Source: Eledone cirrhosa | Lineage: Eukaryota | Length of the DNA stretch: 64,000 bases | Direction: 5' to 3' | Assembly (NCBI GenBank): GCA_964016885.1 | Contig: OZ024745.1 | Location: forward strand, 45,756,001-45,820,000 | Shown here: positions 61,460 through 64,000 of the stretch, in pieces | Layout of the letters: each line of letters begins with the position of its first letter | Numbering within the stretch: the first letter of the stretch is position 1 | Program-made: the position numbers and the translations under genes | Notes under the pieces: generated by a model | What the model saw: only the letters and a program-made list of their open reading frames with translations | Told to the model about the DNA's origin: nothing | The model's database searches: none

Positions 61460-61645
61460 AATAATAATAATTGTTTCTACTTTAGGCACAAGGCTAGCAA
61501 TAACCGAGTACATTACTGGTACCTTGTTTTATCGACCCCGTAAGGATGAAAGGCAAAGTTAACCTCGGTGGGATTTGAACTCAGACTGTATAGGGACGTA
61601 ACTATGCTAGAAAACATGGCGTCCAACGCTCTACCGATACTGCGA
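61460..61645 (-). mobile_element. SINE family A; further copies at 62480-62665 (+), 63598-63815 (-), 190-337 (-), 54500-54640 (-) and 55960-56100 (+)
   Basis: Head, core and tail match. Confidence 0.85.
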
Positions 61646-61654
61646 TAATAATAA

Positions 61655-62011
61655 TATTAGCTCAAAGAAGAATAGAGAATTTTCTTCTGAGCTCAGATAC
61701 AAATATATTACACAAATAGAAGTTTGTTACACAGTGAGATGTGTGTAAAGAATTATTACAAGTGATTTTTACCGTTGCTGTATAGAAAACAATAACTACA
61801 GGTTTAGCAATTAAATAGAAAAAAAATAGTTATAGTTATAAGGTTAGTAATTTAAAACTCTACTTCCGAGATTTGATTCTGACTTAGGTTTTTTCTATTT
61901 AATTGCTAAACCTGTAGATATTGTTTTCTACACAGTATCGGTAAAAATCACTTGTAATAATTCTTTACACACATCTCACTGTGTAACACACTTCTATTTG
62001 TGTAATATATT

Positions 62012-62014
<3 letters not shown>
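61655..62014 (-). mobile_element. fold-back element with ~125 bp arms plus tail
   Basis: 61699-61825 is inverted at 61889-62014. The tail with ctttgagct lies to the left on the minus strand. No intact hammerhead core was seen. Confidence 0.75.
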
Positions 62015-62052
<38 letters not shown>

Positions 62053-62103
62053 AATTAGTATATCTACCAACATATATATACAGATGCATACCTATGTTAG
62101 CAA

Positions 62104-62145
<42 letters not shown>

Positions 62146-62849
62146 TATCTAAGAAGGTAACCAGAAGCAGCGTTGTCCGAGCATTTAGTAGAACTATACA
62201 TTGCTAATGTAATGTAAGTAATATTTGAATGGTCTACTCGATTATATGTTATTTTTTATACATGATATTAATAATGTTGTATCTATAACAATATTTATAT
62301 GAATGCCCACTGTTCTTGATATTTTAGCGTCAAATTTACGTTGAGGGTTTATGGTTAACGAGTCGATGTTTTGAGACATCAATTTAGCTACATTGTATAT
62401 ATATACATATGAGTGTGTGTGTGTGTGTGTGTGTAGTAAGTTTAGGAGGGGTGGTGGTGGAGAGAGAGTAATAGTTTGATAGATTTCAGTATCGGTAGAG
62501 AGTGGGACGCCATGCTTTCCAGCATAGTTACGTCCCTTTACCGTCTGAGTTCAAATCCCGCCGAGGTTAACTTTGCCTTTGATCCTTATGGGGTCGATAA
62601 AATAAAGTACCAGTAATGTACTGGGTAATTGCTGGCCTTGTGCCAAAAAAGTAGAAACAATTATTAACTACCGCTCTGTCATGCGTATCGTTATTTATTT
62701 GGGATTGATATAATATTTGTGTGTATGGATTACGTTTATATATCATAATCATAAGATATCCTATGTCACAGGAGTTCAGTATAAACTTGATATTTAAACG
62801 ATATATAATATAATCGTATATTTACGTTGCATTAAAAATCTCAAATAAT

Positions 62850-63230
62850 CTTTATTTAAATGTAATAAAAACTGTATAAGTGGCAAGAAAATAATAAATT
62901 AAGGAACCGAAGCAAGGGAGGGGGAGCGACTGACTCTACATCTCTGTCTGGGCGGTATCTTTCAGCTGCGCCCTGTTGACAAAATAACGAAGCTATTCTC
63001 ATGGCGAATGGCTAGCGACACCCGCTGCAACAGTCACCCCATCTCATGGCATTCCTTCTTCATGCGGGCTGCTATCTTTTTAATTTTAAGGAGGAAATCA
63101 GCAGTTGAAGATCCTAGAACATCTAAGGTCTCGTCGGCGACCGGCACCAGTGGGAAGCGGTCGTTCCAGTCTCGGTATTTGGTTATCTTCCGGCCTTGTG
63201 CATTGCGAGCGGCGATGCCCAGGTTACGAA
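62850..63230 (-). mobile_element. CRE-like non-LTR retrotransposon 3' fragment (RLE domain end)
   Basis: GIAARNAQGRKITKY.....FPLVPVA.ETL.VLG.....FL..I......E...*LLQRVSLAI...N...IL matches the CRE-type pattern K..KY...P.A.ET.G...QR.S.A...GN. Confidence 0.7.
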
Positions 63231-64000
63231 AAATATAAAAATACGCGAAAATCATAATCTATGGTTTGTTCCTTTCCACCCTTATTCTCTGTCACTTTAT
63301 TTTTATTTAACTGTACTTTTTCCTACTACTTTTTATCCATCCTGCCAGTTTTCTCATTCATTTATCATATTCCCTTTGTAGTAACTTTTATATAAGCCAT
63401 ACCCTAGTTTTCCCGATTAATAAATAAAAATGGAGATGGGCATGTGTATGTACTTGGAGTAACGGAAAATAACATTTTAGCTTTGGTTATTGAAAAACAG
63501 CTGAATTACCTAAGAATAGGTCAGCAAAACTTTGACGGGTTGCTGAATGCGTACAATACGTTGGGAACAATCTAGACAAAATACGACAGTGGTATCAATA
63601 TAATTGTTTCTGATTTAGGCACAAGGACAGCAATTTGAAGGGAAGGGAAAGTCAATTAAATCGACCTCCAGTGCGTTACTGCTACTTTATTGTATCGACC
63701 CTGTGAGGATGAAAGGCAAAGCTAACCTCGGTGGGATTTGGAATCAGAATGTAAAGGGACGTAACTCTACGCCACGAAACAAGTGTCCGACGCTTTATCA
63801 GTTCTGTCAAGTCACCACTCATAATCAAACCTATAAGCTATACGTGGAAATTTAAACATAAATTATATGGTCTTATCAGTAAAACGAATCTAAGAGGCAG
63901 ACTATTATTCTTGTATACAGACGCTCATGGTGAAAGATGGGAATATCATATTTGCTGGGCAATATTTGCAATGAACGCAAAACATTTGATTAAATATGGA

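Overview
AT-rich, microsatellite-laden animal genomic DNA. The repeat repertoire suggests an octopod cephalopod, which is an inference. There is one host gene: the 5' part of a RET-like cadherin-domain receptor tyrosine kinase on the minus strand, with coding exons 38128-38080, 30831-30586 and 16905-16618, all joined by phase-1 introns. Further exons were not found and probably lie left of the window. The rest is intronic or upstream DNA. It holds about 20 copies of a tRNA-derived SINE (many with TSDs), other SINEs, and LINE 3' fragments (RTE, Tx1/L1-like, R4/Dong-like, CRE-like). It also has two non-autonomous RTE-derived elements, a Helentron/DINE-like element and decayed Penelope-like elements (PLEs). 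The most striking signal is more than 10 fold-back (palindromic) mini-elements, most of them sitting in (TA)n tracts. Many carry type I hammerhead ribozyme cores (CTGAnGA...GAAA...NUH with a pairing stem I) and share a TTGAGT(A/G)CT tail motif. Several fold-back points fall at or inside the ribozyme. I interpret this as a (TA)n-targeting, hammerhead-bearing, Penelope-derived fold-back retroelement system. Nearly all ORFs in the supplied track are microsatellite artefacts.
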